NCBI GenBank assembly: GCA_947039515.1
Contig: CAMQYY010000001.1
Span: 126,902 to 190,901 of the forward strand
Direction of reading: 5' to 3'
DNA: 64,000 nucleotides
Source: an uncultured Ureaplasma sp.
Lineage (GTDB): Bacteria > Bacillota_I > Bacilli_A > Mycoplasmatales > Mycoplasmoidaceae
Shown here: positions 43,829-55,192 of the stretch, in pieces
How the letters are laid out: every line of letters begins with the position of its first letter
Numbering within the stretch: position 1 is the stretch's first letter
Made by a program: the position numbers and the translations under genes
The notes under the pieces: model-generated
Told to the model about the DNA's origin: nothing
What the model saw: the letters and a program-made list of their open reading frames with translations, nothing else
Databases searched by the model: none

Positions 43829-45238
43829 ATGAAAAAATTAGATCGAATAATAACAAGAGAAGAAGATTTTGCTGAATGATATACAAGTATTATTCATAAT
43901 GCAAAACTTTCTTTATATACAAATATTAAAGGGATGATGATTTTTCAACCATATGCTTGAAGTATTTGAGAAAATATTAGAGATATTTTAGATAAACAAT
44001 TCAAAGAAAAAGGAATTAAAAATCTAGCAATGCCTCTATTAATTCCTCTAGCTGATTTAGAAAAAGAAAAGGATCACATTAAAGGTTTTAGTCCAGAAGT
44101 TTATACTATTACTAAAATTGGTAATAAAGAAATTAATGAACATTATATTATTAGACCTACAAGTGAAATAATTTTTTGTGAATACTTTAGAAATATTTTA
44201 AATAGTTATAAGGATTTACCAATTAAACTAAATCAATGATGTAGTGTTTTAAGAGCTGAAAAAACTACTAGACCATTCTTAAGAAATAGTGAATTTTATT
44301 GACAAGAAACTCATTCTATTCATATCGATGAAGCAGATGCTTTAAATTTTACAGAAGATATGATCAATACTTATGAAAAATTTATCGAAGAAGATTTATT
44401 AATTCCAGTTATTAAAGGTGAAAAAACTTTAAATGAAAGATTTGCTGGAGCTAATAAAACTTATACAGTTGAAGCTCTTATGCAAGATGGACAAGTTCTT
44501 CAATGTGGAACTAGTCATTATCTTTCTGATAATTTTGCTAAAAATTTTCAAATAAAATTTCAAAATAATAATAATGAATATGAATATGTAAAACAAACAT
44601 CAGCTGGGGTATCTACTAGATTAATAGGTGCTATTATTATGGTTCATGCTGATGATAAAGGTTTAAATTTACCTTGAAATATTGCCCCGACTCAAATTAT
44701 TCTTAACTTAGCTAATAGTGATGAACAAGTGAATAAAATAGCTCATAAAATTAAAGATTCATTAGAAAAATATCGTGTTGAAATTGATAATTCAGATAAA
44801 GGATTAGGTTATAAAATTAGTAATAATGAAATCTTAGGTATTCCTTTACAAGTTATTATTGGTAAAAAAACAATTAGTGAAAGTATTGTTACTGTTTATA
44901 GGAGAGATCTTAGTCAAAAAGAGGATATCCATCTTGATGAATTAAGTGATTATTTAGAAAGGGTAATTGTTGATATTAAAGAATCAATGTTTAATAAAGC
45001 TAAAAATCATCTTGATTCATCAATTGAATTTATTTCATCAATTGATGAATTAAAAACAACACTATCAAAAAGAAAAGTAGCTAAGGCTTATTTCTGTGGT
45101 AATGAAGATGATGAAATAAGAATTAAAGAAGAAACAAAAGCAACACCTAGATGTATTATTGATAATGACATAGAAGGTATTTGTTTTATTACTAATAAAA
45201 AAACAAAGAATATGATTATTATTGCAAGAGCTTATTAG
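43829..45238 (+). CDS. proS: Prolyl-tRNA synthetase, archaeal/eukaryote-like short type, 469 aa
   Basis: From ATG 43829 (MKKLDRIITREEDFAEWYTSIIHNAKL...) through track ORFs 44030, 44360 and 44729, all in frame. There is no bacterial INS domain. The protein ends in ...IIARAY, with the C-terminal Tyr characteristic of this ProRS type. Confidence 0.9.
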
Positions 45239-45285
45239 TATTTTATAAAATAGATTGACCTACATAGAAATATGGAGGTTTTTTT

Positions 45286-45978
45286 ATGGAACAAATACTT
45301 ATTTTATTTAACGAAAGGTATGAAGGAAATTGAGATTTAATTTATCAAGCAATTAAGAATTCAGAATTTCAAAAGATAAATTTAGAAAAAATAAAAAGCA
45401 TTAAGAATGATCAAATTAATATTATGACTATTTTAGATGATAAATATCCTAATAAATTCAAGAATATTTATATGCCACCATTTATTATTTTTAATAAAGG
45501 AAACATTAATTTAATTGATAAACAAGTAATTGGTATTTGAGGTAATGTTGAGGTTGAATATTTTTTAAAAAATAGATTATCAAAGAATATTGTTTATGCC
45601 TTCAATTGAAATGCTAAAAATCATTTGATAGCTAAAAAACTTATCAACTATGGGTATAAGATAATTTTAGTTGATAAGAATGGTTATAAAAAATCAATTA
45701 CAAGCAACATAGACTCTAATAATATTTTATATATATCAGAGTTGCCTAAAAATATTAAAATTAATGATCATTATCCTGAACTACAAAAAATAAATAGATT
45801 ATTAAATGCTGTTAGTGATAAAGTTTTATTATTAAATGCCAATGAAAAAACTGTTTTGGAATGTGAAAAAATTACTAAATTTGAAAATAAGCAAATTTAT
45901 AGTTTTAATAATGATAATACTTTTTTAAAGGACCAAAAAGGTATTAAATTAGTCAATTCTATAAATGATATTTGATAA
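45286..45978 (+). CDS. dprA: DprA/Smf-like protein, short and degenerate, 230 aa
   Basis: ATG 45286 is preceded by GGAGG. It is in frame with track ORF 45625..45975 and ends TGA-TAA, read as W-stop. ILDDKYPNKFKNIYMPPFIIFNKGNINLIDKQVIGIWGN fits the DprA N-terminal pattern (YP..L..i.dPP.vLf.kG). ILYISELP...INRLLNAVSDKVLLLNANEKT fits the liSE...RNRii....vvvvEa block. The GSR and SGxAxGID motifs are not conserved. Confidence 0.55.
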
Positions 45979-47535
<1,557 letters not shown>

Positions 47536-48270
47536 TTATCCTTTTGAAATATTGAAAATCTCACTTTTTTCAATAAGAAGATTATTGGTATATATAATTG
47601 AAGAAGCTGTCACTATTAATCCTAAATAAAAGAGAGAAACATAAAAAATTAAAATTTGAGCTGTAATTCTTAAATCTCATCACGTATATGCTATTGATTC
47701 AGTATTACCTTTATTAAAATTATAAGTAAAGATAAATGAAAATTCTCAAGTACCAATTTTTTGAGCCATGGAAAGATTAACAAAAAATCCATTTTGATAT
47801 AAAATATTTGGTTCAAAAAGTACATCTGAAATTTCATTTATTCAAGGGTTATTATGAATAACTGAACTTGGTCTATTAATAAAAGCAATAATAAAAAGTA
47901 ATAAAAGAAATAAATTACCAATAATCATAAGTGCCGAGATATGATTTGAATTATATACTGCTAAATAATCTGATTTTTTATATTTTCAATAACCATAAGC
48001 AGACATTGGGATAATTATTGATATTAATATTGTTGTCAATATACCAATAAAATTAAGATATTTACTACTAATATCAATTGTTGTATTTTCAACTAAATCT
48101 ATGTTAAAAAAATTTATATAAAGTGTGTTATTTCAAATAAATGGCGGAATAAAAATATAGGTAGTTAAAAAGATAATCATAAAAATCATCAAAGAAAAAC
48201 TAGTAATTAAAAAGAACCTACTAGTTTTATTGATATCTTTATTAAGCAATTGAATAAATTTTAAATTCAT
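47536..48270 (-). CDS. Hypothetical integral membrane protein, 244 aa
   Basis: Absent from the track because it contains 9 TGA codons. I scanned every codon from ATG 48268-48270 to TAA 47536-47538 and found no TAA or TAG. The sequence begins MNLKFIQLLNKDINKTSRFFLITSFSLMIFMIIFLTTYIFIPPFIW... It has about 5 hydrophobic helices. The stop lies 3 nt upstream of the metG start. Confidence 0.6.
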
Positions 48271-48381
48271 AATATTAATATTATATAATTTCTTTTTTTT
48301 ATTATTTTTATTTATGTTTTGTTTGTCATATTATTTCTTGTACTTGTATAGTTATAGTTCTCTACTATTGTTAATATATGA

Positions 48382-49206
48382 CTATATAATATGCATTTTA
48401 TTATATAGAGAATACAGTGCATTAGATTTAACAGAATATTTGTATGCAACCATTTTACAAGCTATTTTTAATTGAATATTGCTCTTAACTAAATTTTCAA
48501 TTTCTATTAATAATAAATTGTCATCCATTTCAATTTTTGTTCTATTGTTAATAACAATAACTATTTCTCCTTTTAAGGTGATTATTTTTAAGATTTCAGA
48601 AATTTTATCAACATAAATAGTTTGATTTTTTTTAGATATTTCTCTACAAACTGAAATTTCAATATCACCAAAAATATTCTTAATATTTTCTAATGTGTTA
48701 ATAATTCTATGAACTGATTCATAAATAATTAATGTTGTTTGAAAACTTTTTAATTCACTTAATCTATTACTTTGTTCATTAGCTTTATATGGTAAAAAAC
48801 CAACAAAGAAAAAATCAGTTGTAGGAGCTGATGAAAGAATAAGACCATGAATCAAAGCAGAAGGTCCCGCTGTAACTTCAATTAAAATATTTTCATTTAT
48901 TAATTTTTTTATTAAAACATATCCAGGGTCAGAAATTAAAGGATAACCAGCATCTGAAATTAATCCTGATTGATTATTCTTAATAATTTCAAAAATTTCA
49001 TCAGTTTTTTTATTTTCAGAATGATTATGAAAGCTAATTAATTTTGGTCTATTTTTAATATTTAACAATGAAAGTAATTTAGCTGTATTTCTAGTATCTT
49101 CACAAAAAAGATATTCTAATTTTTCTAAAACTTCAAGTGAATTCAAAGAAATATCTTTTAAATTCCCAATAGGAGAAGAAATTATATAAAAAGTATTGTT
49201 ATTCAT
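48382..49206 (-). CDS. rsmI: 16S rRNA (cytidine1402-2'-O)-methyltransferase
   Basis: Complete 274-aa track ORF. The pattern FYIISSPIGNLKDISLNSLEVLEKLEYLFCEDTR... places it in the tetrapyrrole-methylase fold family typical of RsmI. Confidence 0.85.
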   Translation of the reverse strand: MNNNTFYIISSPIGNLKDISLNSLEVLEKLEYLFCEDTRNTAKLLSLLNIKNRPKLISFHNHSENKKTDEIFEIIKNNQSGLISDAGYPLISDPGYVLIKKLINENILIEVTAGPSALIHGLILSSAPTTDFFFVGFLPYKANEQSNRLSELKSFQTTLIIYESVHRIINTLENIKNIFGDIEISVCREISKKNQTIYVDKISEILKIITLKGEIVIVINNRTKIEMDDNLLLIEIENLVKSNIQLKIACKMVAYKYSVKSNALYSLYNKMHII

Positions 49207-49720
49207 GTAAATCCTTGATAATTTTTTTTAATTTAAGCAAATCAATATTTAGCATATTTAAAGTTTTAAATAGTGTTTTATTATTACAATAGGAAATGCC
49301 TATTTTTTCGCATATTTTTTCTCTTAGGATTTTTGAAGAAATATCTAATGATAAATATTCATTAAAAAGTAATGAAAGATTATCTTTTTTGAATTTTATT
49401 TTATTTTCAAAAGCTTTAATAATTGCTTCATCTTTAGCCTCAGCCACACCAATTTTTTTAGAAAATGGTTCCATATCATTTTTATTGATATAAATGTTTT
49501 CAACGTGAGGAATATGTTTTAGAATTGATTGTCTAATTTTTTCTCCAGAACGATCAGGATCTAAAAAAAGGATTAGATTATACGTCTTAGAGAGTTTTTT
49601 TAAATTATCAATATCTGAATCATTAAAACCAAATCCATGGGTTTCATATGTTAAGATATTGAAAAGTTTTTTAATCTTTTCACTATCTTTTTTACCTTCG
49701 ACAACAACAATATCGATCAT
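49199..49720 (-). CDS. rnmV: Ribonuclease M5 (5S rRNA maturase, Toprim domain)
   Basis: Complete 173-aa track ORF. Motifs: IVVVEGKKD...LFLDPDRSGEKIR. It overlaps the rsmI start by 8 nt. Confidence 0.85.
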   Translation of the reverse strand: MIDIVVVEGKKDSEKIKKLFNILTYETHGFGFNDSDIDNLKKLSKTYNLILFLDPDRSGEKIRQSILKHIPHVENIYINKNDMEPFSKKIGVAEAKDEAIIKAFENKIKFKKDNLSLLFNEYLSLDISSKILREKICEKIGISYCNNKTLFKTLNMLNIDLLKLKKIIKDLHE

Positions 49721-49726
49721 TAGTAA

Positions 49727-50722
49727 TTATTCAAAAAACTTAAAGAAAGAATATTTTTCATAAACAGCTGAAATACAGTGTTTACCATGAGCAAAAATTG
49801 ATACAGCTGAAGATATTAACCCTGCTATTGAAATAATTGAGAAAAAATCTGGTAACTTCTCTTCTCTTTGAATTGTATCTGTAATATAAATTTTATTAAT
49901 TAAACCATTTTTATTTGCTTCAATAAAATTAACAATAGAATCTTTATTTAATAAACCATGAGTTGCTACAATATCAATACTTTTAGCACCTTTTTGTTTT
50001 AGAATTTTACAACCTTCAATAATTGTTCCGCCTGTGTCGATTATGTCATCAAAAATTAAACAATTTTTATTATCAACATTACCTAAAATTTCTGAAGATT
50101 CAACTTTGTTTTGACCAACTCTATTTTTATCAATAATAGCAAAATCAGAATTAATTTTATTAGCAATGCTTCTTGTTCTTTTTACACTTCCATAATCAGG
50201 AGAAACAATAACCAAATCTTCTCTAATGATTTTTTTATTTTTAATTAACTCATCAAGCATTAATCAAATAGCTGTTAATGAATCAAAAGGTATTGTAAAA
50301 AAACCTTGTTGTTGTTGAGAATGAATATCAACTGTTAATACTCTAGTAGCACCAGCTTTTTCTAATAAATCTGCAATAAGTCTACTTGTAATAGGTTCTC
50401 TACCTTTTGCTTTTCTATCTTGTCTTGAATAACCATAATAAGGGATTAAAACATTAATTGTTTTAGCAGATGCTCTTCTAACAGCATCAATAGCTATTAA
50501 AAGTTCCATAATACTATCATTAACTGGTTTTGAAGTTGATTGAACTAAAAAAACATTTAATTCTCTTATAGGTTCTGGAATTGAAAATAGAAGTTCACCA
50601 TCAGCAAATTTAGTAATTATTGGCTCTATTAAACGAATATCAGATAATTTTGAAATATCTTCAGCTAATTTCTTACTCTGGCTTAAACCAATTATGACAC
50701 TATCATTAATATTATTAGTCAT
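49727..50722 (-). CDS. prs: Ribose-phosphate pyrophosphokinase, 331 aa
   Basis: Track ORFs 50264..50740 and 49727..50260 are in frame, joined by one TGA. The likely start is ATG 50722 (MTNNINDS), preceded by AAGGA. Motifs: YYGYSRQDRK, DIHS, and the PRPP loop LIFDDIIDTGGTI. Confidence 0.9.
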
Positions 50723-50820
50723 ATATATCCTTATTATCAAAATATTATTTCATTTATATTTATATTTAATATTATAGATTAAAAAATAAATCAAAATTAA
50801 TTTTATAATATAATATATAT

Positions 50821-50899
50821 GTCATCACAATATTAATTAGTGAACCTTGTCAGGGTAGAAATACAGCAGCAATAAATTGAGTCTTATGTGTGGTGATGT
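50821..50899 (+). ncRNA. ffs: Small SRP RNA (4.5S/scRNA type)
   Basis: The sequence is gtcatcacaatattaattagtgaaccttgtcagggtagaaatacagcagcaataaattgagtcttatgtgtggtgatg. The terminal helix pairs catcac with gtgatg. The apical part GUCAGGGU-AGAAAU-ACAGCAGC resembles the conserved domain IV (E. coli GUCAGGUCCGGAAGGAAGCAGCC) with a GNRA-type loop. A TATAAT-like box lies about 12 nt upstream. The ends are approximate. Confidence 0.65.
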
Positions 50900-50904
50900 T
50901 TTAT

Positions 50905-50994
50905 GGAAGCATACTCAAGTGGTTAAGAGGGCACCCTGCTAAGGTGTTAGATCGGGTAACTGGTGCGAGAGTTCGAATCTCTCTGCTTCCGCCA
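50905..50994 (+). tRNA. tRNA-Ser (anticodon GCT), class II with a long variable arm
   Basis: The sequence is ggaagca...gcacc-CTGCTAA-ggtgt-tagatcgggtaactggtgc-gagag-ttcgaat-ctctc-tgcttcc-g-cca. The acceptor stem is 7 bp, the anticodon is GCT, and CCA is encoded. Confidence 0.9.
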
Positions 50995-51075
50995 TTATTA
51001 AAATATAAAATAAAATCAAAAAACAATAGTTTTTTGATTTTATTTTATAAATACTTTTATATAATTATTATTAAT

Positions 51076-52641
51076 ATGCAAAAAAAGAATATTTTAAATA
51101 TTATGATGATTGTTTTTATATCACTTTTATTTATTACAGTAATAACTTTAACAATAGTTACATCAATCATTTTTCAACCATTAGCTTGAATACCTTTTGT
51201 TATTTTTATTGTGATTATGTATTTTATAAATACTTACTATACTATTAAAATTTTTTATGATAAAGATCGAATTGACACTTCTAAAAAAAATTGATTACTA
51301 GGTTTTTGTTTATTACCAGGGTTTGCTACTTTTTTCTATTTATGATTAGGTTTTAAACCTGACCTAAATAATGCTAAAGATGATTATATTAATAAGCGAA
51401 AATTAATTAAAAAATATGAATCTAAGCAAGAAGATCCAACTAATCATGATTTAAAAAAATTATCAAGTTTTTTTAAAAATACTTGAGATATTGATTATTC
51501 AAGTAATAACAATATCAAGTTAATTGAAGATAATTATGATTTATATAAAAAAAGTATTGATTTAATAAGAAGTGCTAAAAAATCTATTATTGTTCAATAT
51601 TATATTATTTCAAATGATGAATGATTTAATACATTTACAAATGAACTTATTAAAAAATCAAAACAAGGTGTTGAAATCTACTTTTTAGTTGATTGAATTG
51701 GTTCTATTGGAAGATATAATAAAAGAGTTATTAATAAATTAAGAAAAAATAATATTAATTTTCAATTATTTACCAATAATAAGTTTCCTTTATTACACTA
51801 TGCTCACAATACTAGAAATCATAAAAAAATTGTAATAGTAGATAATAAAAAAGCTCTTTATGGTGGTAGTAATTTAAGTGAAGAATATTTACCATTTAGA
51901 AAAAATACTTCTTATTGAAGAGATATTAATTTCGATATTGAAGGCGAAATTGTTAATAAATTCACATTAAACTTTATTTTTGATTATGTTAAAAATACTA
52001 AAACCAAAGAAACAGTTGAACAAATGCTTAAGAAGTTTAATAATAAAGGCGTTATTAAATTGAATGGTAATGATGAAATTTTAGAGAAAAATGCTAAATC
52101 ATTTGTAGTAGAATCTGATCCTAGTATGTATCACAATCCAATTGAAAATTCTCTTTTGCAATTAATTATGAAAGCAAAAGATTCTATTTACATAACAACA
52201 CCATATTTTGATACAACTGATGTTATTGTTGATGCTTTAATAACGGCTTCTCTTTCTGGTGTTAATGTTCAAATTTTGCTTCCAGGAAAACCAGATAATA
52301 AAAACTTTATCATCCCTTTTAATCAAAAAAATTATGAAAAATTAAAAAATACAAATATTAAAATTTTTGAATATGAAGGTTTTTATCACGGGAAAATGAC
52401 ATTAATTGATAATGATATTTCTCTTATAGGTAGTTTCAATTATGATTTAAGATCTATTTATTTGAATAAAGAAGATTTTATAATTTCATATTCAAATCAA
52501 TTAAATCAAGAATTAAAAGATTTATTTTATAAAGATCTTAAAAATTGTAAATCAGTTAATTTAGAAGAAAATAAAGAAAAGAAAAAATTAAGTGAAAGGT
52601 TTAAAGTCAATATTTTAGAAATATTTGCTTTAATATTTTAG
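51076..52641 (+). CDS. cls: Cardiolipin synthase (PLD superfamily, two HKD motifs), 521 aa
   Basis: ATG 51076 (MQKKNILNIMMIVFISLLFITVITL...) is in frame with track ORF 52024..52641. I scanned all codons from 51076 to 52024 and found only TGA. The HKD motifs are NHKKIVIVDNKKALYGGSN and HGKMTLIDNDISLIGSFN. There are two N-terminal TM helices. Confidence 0.85.
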
Positions 52642-52660
52642 ATAAGGTATTGGTGTAAAA

Positions 52661-53329
52661 ATGAAACTTTCTAAATATATAGATCACACTGATCTAAAAC
52701 AAGATGCAAGTCATAATGATATTAAAAAACTATGTGAAGAAGCTATAAACTATGATTTTATGGCAGTTTGTATTAACCCTTCATTTGTTTCTCTTGCTAA
52801 AAATTTATTAGAAAAATCTAATGTTTTAGTATGTACAGTTGTAGGATTCCCTTTAGGACAAAATACAACTGATACTAAAGTTTTTGAAACAAAACAGGCT
52901 ATCGAAGATGGTGCTGATGAAATTGATATGGTTATTAACATTACTAAATTAAAAGCAAATGATATGAAATATTGTGTTAATGAAATTAATGAAATTAAAA
53001 AAGCTGCTGGTGATAAAGTATTAAAAGTTATTGTTGAAACTTGTCTATTAAATTCTAAAGAAATAATAAGAGCTATGGAATTTGTTAATGAATCTAATGC
53101 TGATTTTATTAAAACTTCTACAGGTTTTTCAACATCTGGTGCTAATATTGAAGATATTATCATATGAAAAAAAATAATTAAAGATAATAAAAAAATAAAA
53201 GCTGCTGGGGGAATAAGAAGTCATGATGACCTTCTTCAATTCATAAAAGAAGGTGCTCATAGAATTGGAACCAGTTCTGGAATTAAATTAATAACAAAAG
53301 ATAGTGTTATTGATTCTAATGAATATTAG
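52661..53329 (+). CDS. deoC: Deoxyribose-phosphate aldolase, 222 aa
   Basis: Track ORF 52661..53167 extended through TGA to TAG 53327-53329. Motifs: IDHTDLK, VCTVVGFPLG, DEIDMVIN, the Schiff-base Lys context DFIKTSTGF, and IKAAGGIR. Confidence 0.9.
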
Positions 53330-53353
53330 AATCAATAAATTGGAGAAATAATA

Positions 53354-53644
53354 ATGTCATATACTATAAAATATAATAATCTTGATAAATCTGAATCATT
53401 AGATTTATTTATTGAAAAAAAAGTTAATAAAATTACTAAATTTTCATGAGTTGAAGATATTAAATTTGAATTATCAAAAAATGAAATAAATTTGTTTGTT
53501 TGTAAAATATCAGCTTTTATTCCAAAACATGGAGATGTAAGAAGTGAATCTACAAATTCTGATATTTTGGTAAGTATAACTGATTCGATTCAAAAAATGG
53601 TTGATCTTCTAGTTACAATAAAAGAAAAAAGAATTTCTCATTAA
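53354..53644 (+). CDS. hpf: Short ribosome hibernation/ribosome-associated inhibitor family protein (HPF/RaiA-like), 96 aa
   Basis: My translation includes one TGA: MSYTIKYNNLDKSESLDLFIEKKVNKITKFSWVEDIKFELSKNEINLFVCKISAFIPKHGDVRSESTNSDILVSITDSIQKMVDLLVTIKEKRISH. It fits the S30AE/HPF pattern (I..nl..se.l..yiekK..Kl.kf ... D...ai...i.kl...l.k.Kek). GGAG lies 9 nt upstream. Confidence 0.6.
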
Positions 53645-53658
53645 AAAATCTTTTTTAT

Positions 53659-54141
53659 TTAAGCTATTTTTTTAATATTTAGTATATCTAGGATTCCAGG
53701 AAAAACTATTTTTAATTCTGTTGCATTTTCAATGAATGATGAATATTTTATCCTTTTCTTTTTACTACTAATGATTTGATCGATTTCAACTTTGAAAAAA
53801 GTGTCATATTTATTAAAATAGACAATCAAAAAAACAACTGCTCCATTTTCTTTCATTCGTATTAAATGAAGAATTTGGTGTTTTTTGATGTTGTTAATAT
53901 TGAAGAAATCATCATTTGTTTGTTTTGCTTCAAAATCATACATTTTACTTTCAAAAATACCATAATAATCTGATTGAGATTTTTCTTTTAAATAACCAGT
54001 TACGTGGTTATTATTTATTGAAGCAATTTTAATTGGTACTGTTCTTTTATCAAATCAACCAATATCATTAGTATTATAAAAATTGATAGTTCTATCAATA
54101 ATACTTTCCAAGTACATTCCTTTATTTTGATAAAATTTCAT
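53659..54141 (-). CDS. recU: Holliday junction resolvase RecU, 160 aa
   Basis: Track ORF 53659..53943 extended upstream (in frame, 198 nt, one TGA) to ATG 54141. MKFYQNKGMYLESIIDRTINFYNTNDIGWFDKRTVPIKI...SDYYGIFESKMYDFEAKQTNDDFFNINNIKKHQILHL matches the RecU core (DY.G...FEAK.T...N...HQ). Confidence 0.8.
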
Positions 54142-54219
54142 TTGATTAACCTTATAGAGAATATATTTATTTAAAATAATAAAAAATACTATAATTAAAT
54201 TTAGGTTTTGGGAGATTGT

Positions 54220-55122
54220 ATGAAAAATAATAAACTAATAATAGGTTCACATGTTTCTTTAAAAGCACCTAATTATCTAGTTGATAGCGTTAATGAAGCT
54301 ATTGAAGCTAATGCTAATTCATTTATGGTTTATACTGGTCCTAATCAATCAAGTAAGAGAATTGATACTCAACTTTTTAAAGCTAAAGAGGCTTTTGAAT
54401 TAATGAAAGAAAATAATATCAACCCTGAAGATGTTTTAGTACATGCTTCATATTTGATTAATTTAGCTTCAAATAAAGAATCAACTAGAGAATTTGGTTG
54501 TGATTTTTTAATTCAAGAGATAAAAAGAACTAGTCAAATGGGATTTAAGTATATTGTTCTTCATCCAGGAAGTAAACTTGATAATTCTCTTGAACAAGGA
54601 ATTAAGTATATTAGTGACAACCTAAATTTTGTTTTTGAACAAACTAAATCCTTAAATGTTGTTCTTCTACTTGAAACTATGAGCGGAAAAGGTAGTGAAG
54701 TTGGTTCATCTATTCATGAAATAAATGAAATAATCAATAATATCAATTTAAAAGAAAAAATTGGTGTTTGTCTTGATACATGTCATTTAAATGATGCTGG
54801 TTATGATATTGATTTTTTTGATGATTTCTTGGATGATTTTGATAAGTTAATTGGTATTGATAAAATAAAAGCTGTTCATTTAAATGATTCAAAAAATGTC
54901 TTGAATGCTAGAAAAGATAGACATGAAAATATTGGTTATGGAACTATTAAATTTAATTCACTACAAAATGTTGTTCATAACAAAAGATTAATGAATATCC
55001 CAATGATCCTTGAAACTCCATATGTTGAAAAGAATAAAAAATATTTTTCACCTTATAAACAAGAAATTGAGATGTTAAAAAATAAAAAATTTGATAATTG
55101 AATTGAAAAAATACCTGAGTAA
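54220..55122 (+). CDS. nfo: Endonuclease IV (AP endonuclease), 300 aa
   Basis: Track ORF 54208..55101. The likely start is ATG 54220, after GGGAG. The ORF extends through TGA to TAA 55120-55122. Motifs: IGSHVS, HASYLINLAS, VLHPGS, LLETMSGKG, CLDTCHLNDAGYD, HLNDSK. Confidence 0.9.
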
Positions 55123-55151
55123 ATAATAAATATTATCTTATATATAAAACA

Positions 55152-55180
55152 AAAAAGTTCTAATAAATTAGAACTTTTTT
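55152..55180. terminator. Bidirectional hairpin between convergent nfo and the FtsX permease gene
   Basis: aaaaagttctaat-aaa-ttagaacttttt, with flanking A and T runs. Confidence 0.7.
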
Positions 55181-55192
55181 TAATATAAATAT

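Noticed and set aside
49296-49493. Track ORF 49296..49493 (+, 65 aa).
   Set aside because: It is antisense inside rnmV.
50890-51075. The N-terminal 62 codons of track ORF 50890..51189 (MVMFYGSILKWLRGHPAKVLDRVTGARVRISLLPP...).
   Set aside because: This stretch is the translation of the SRP RNA 3' end and of tRNA-Ser. The real CDS (cls) starts at ATG 51076.
52750-53163. Track ORF 52750..53163 (-, 137 aa).
   Set aside because: It is antisense inside deoC, which carries all the aldolase motifs on the plus strand.
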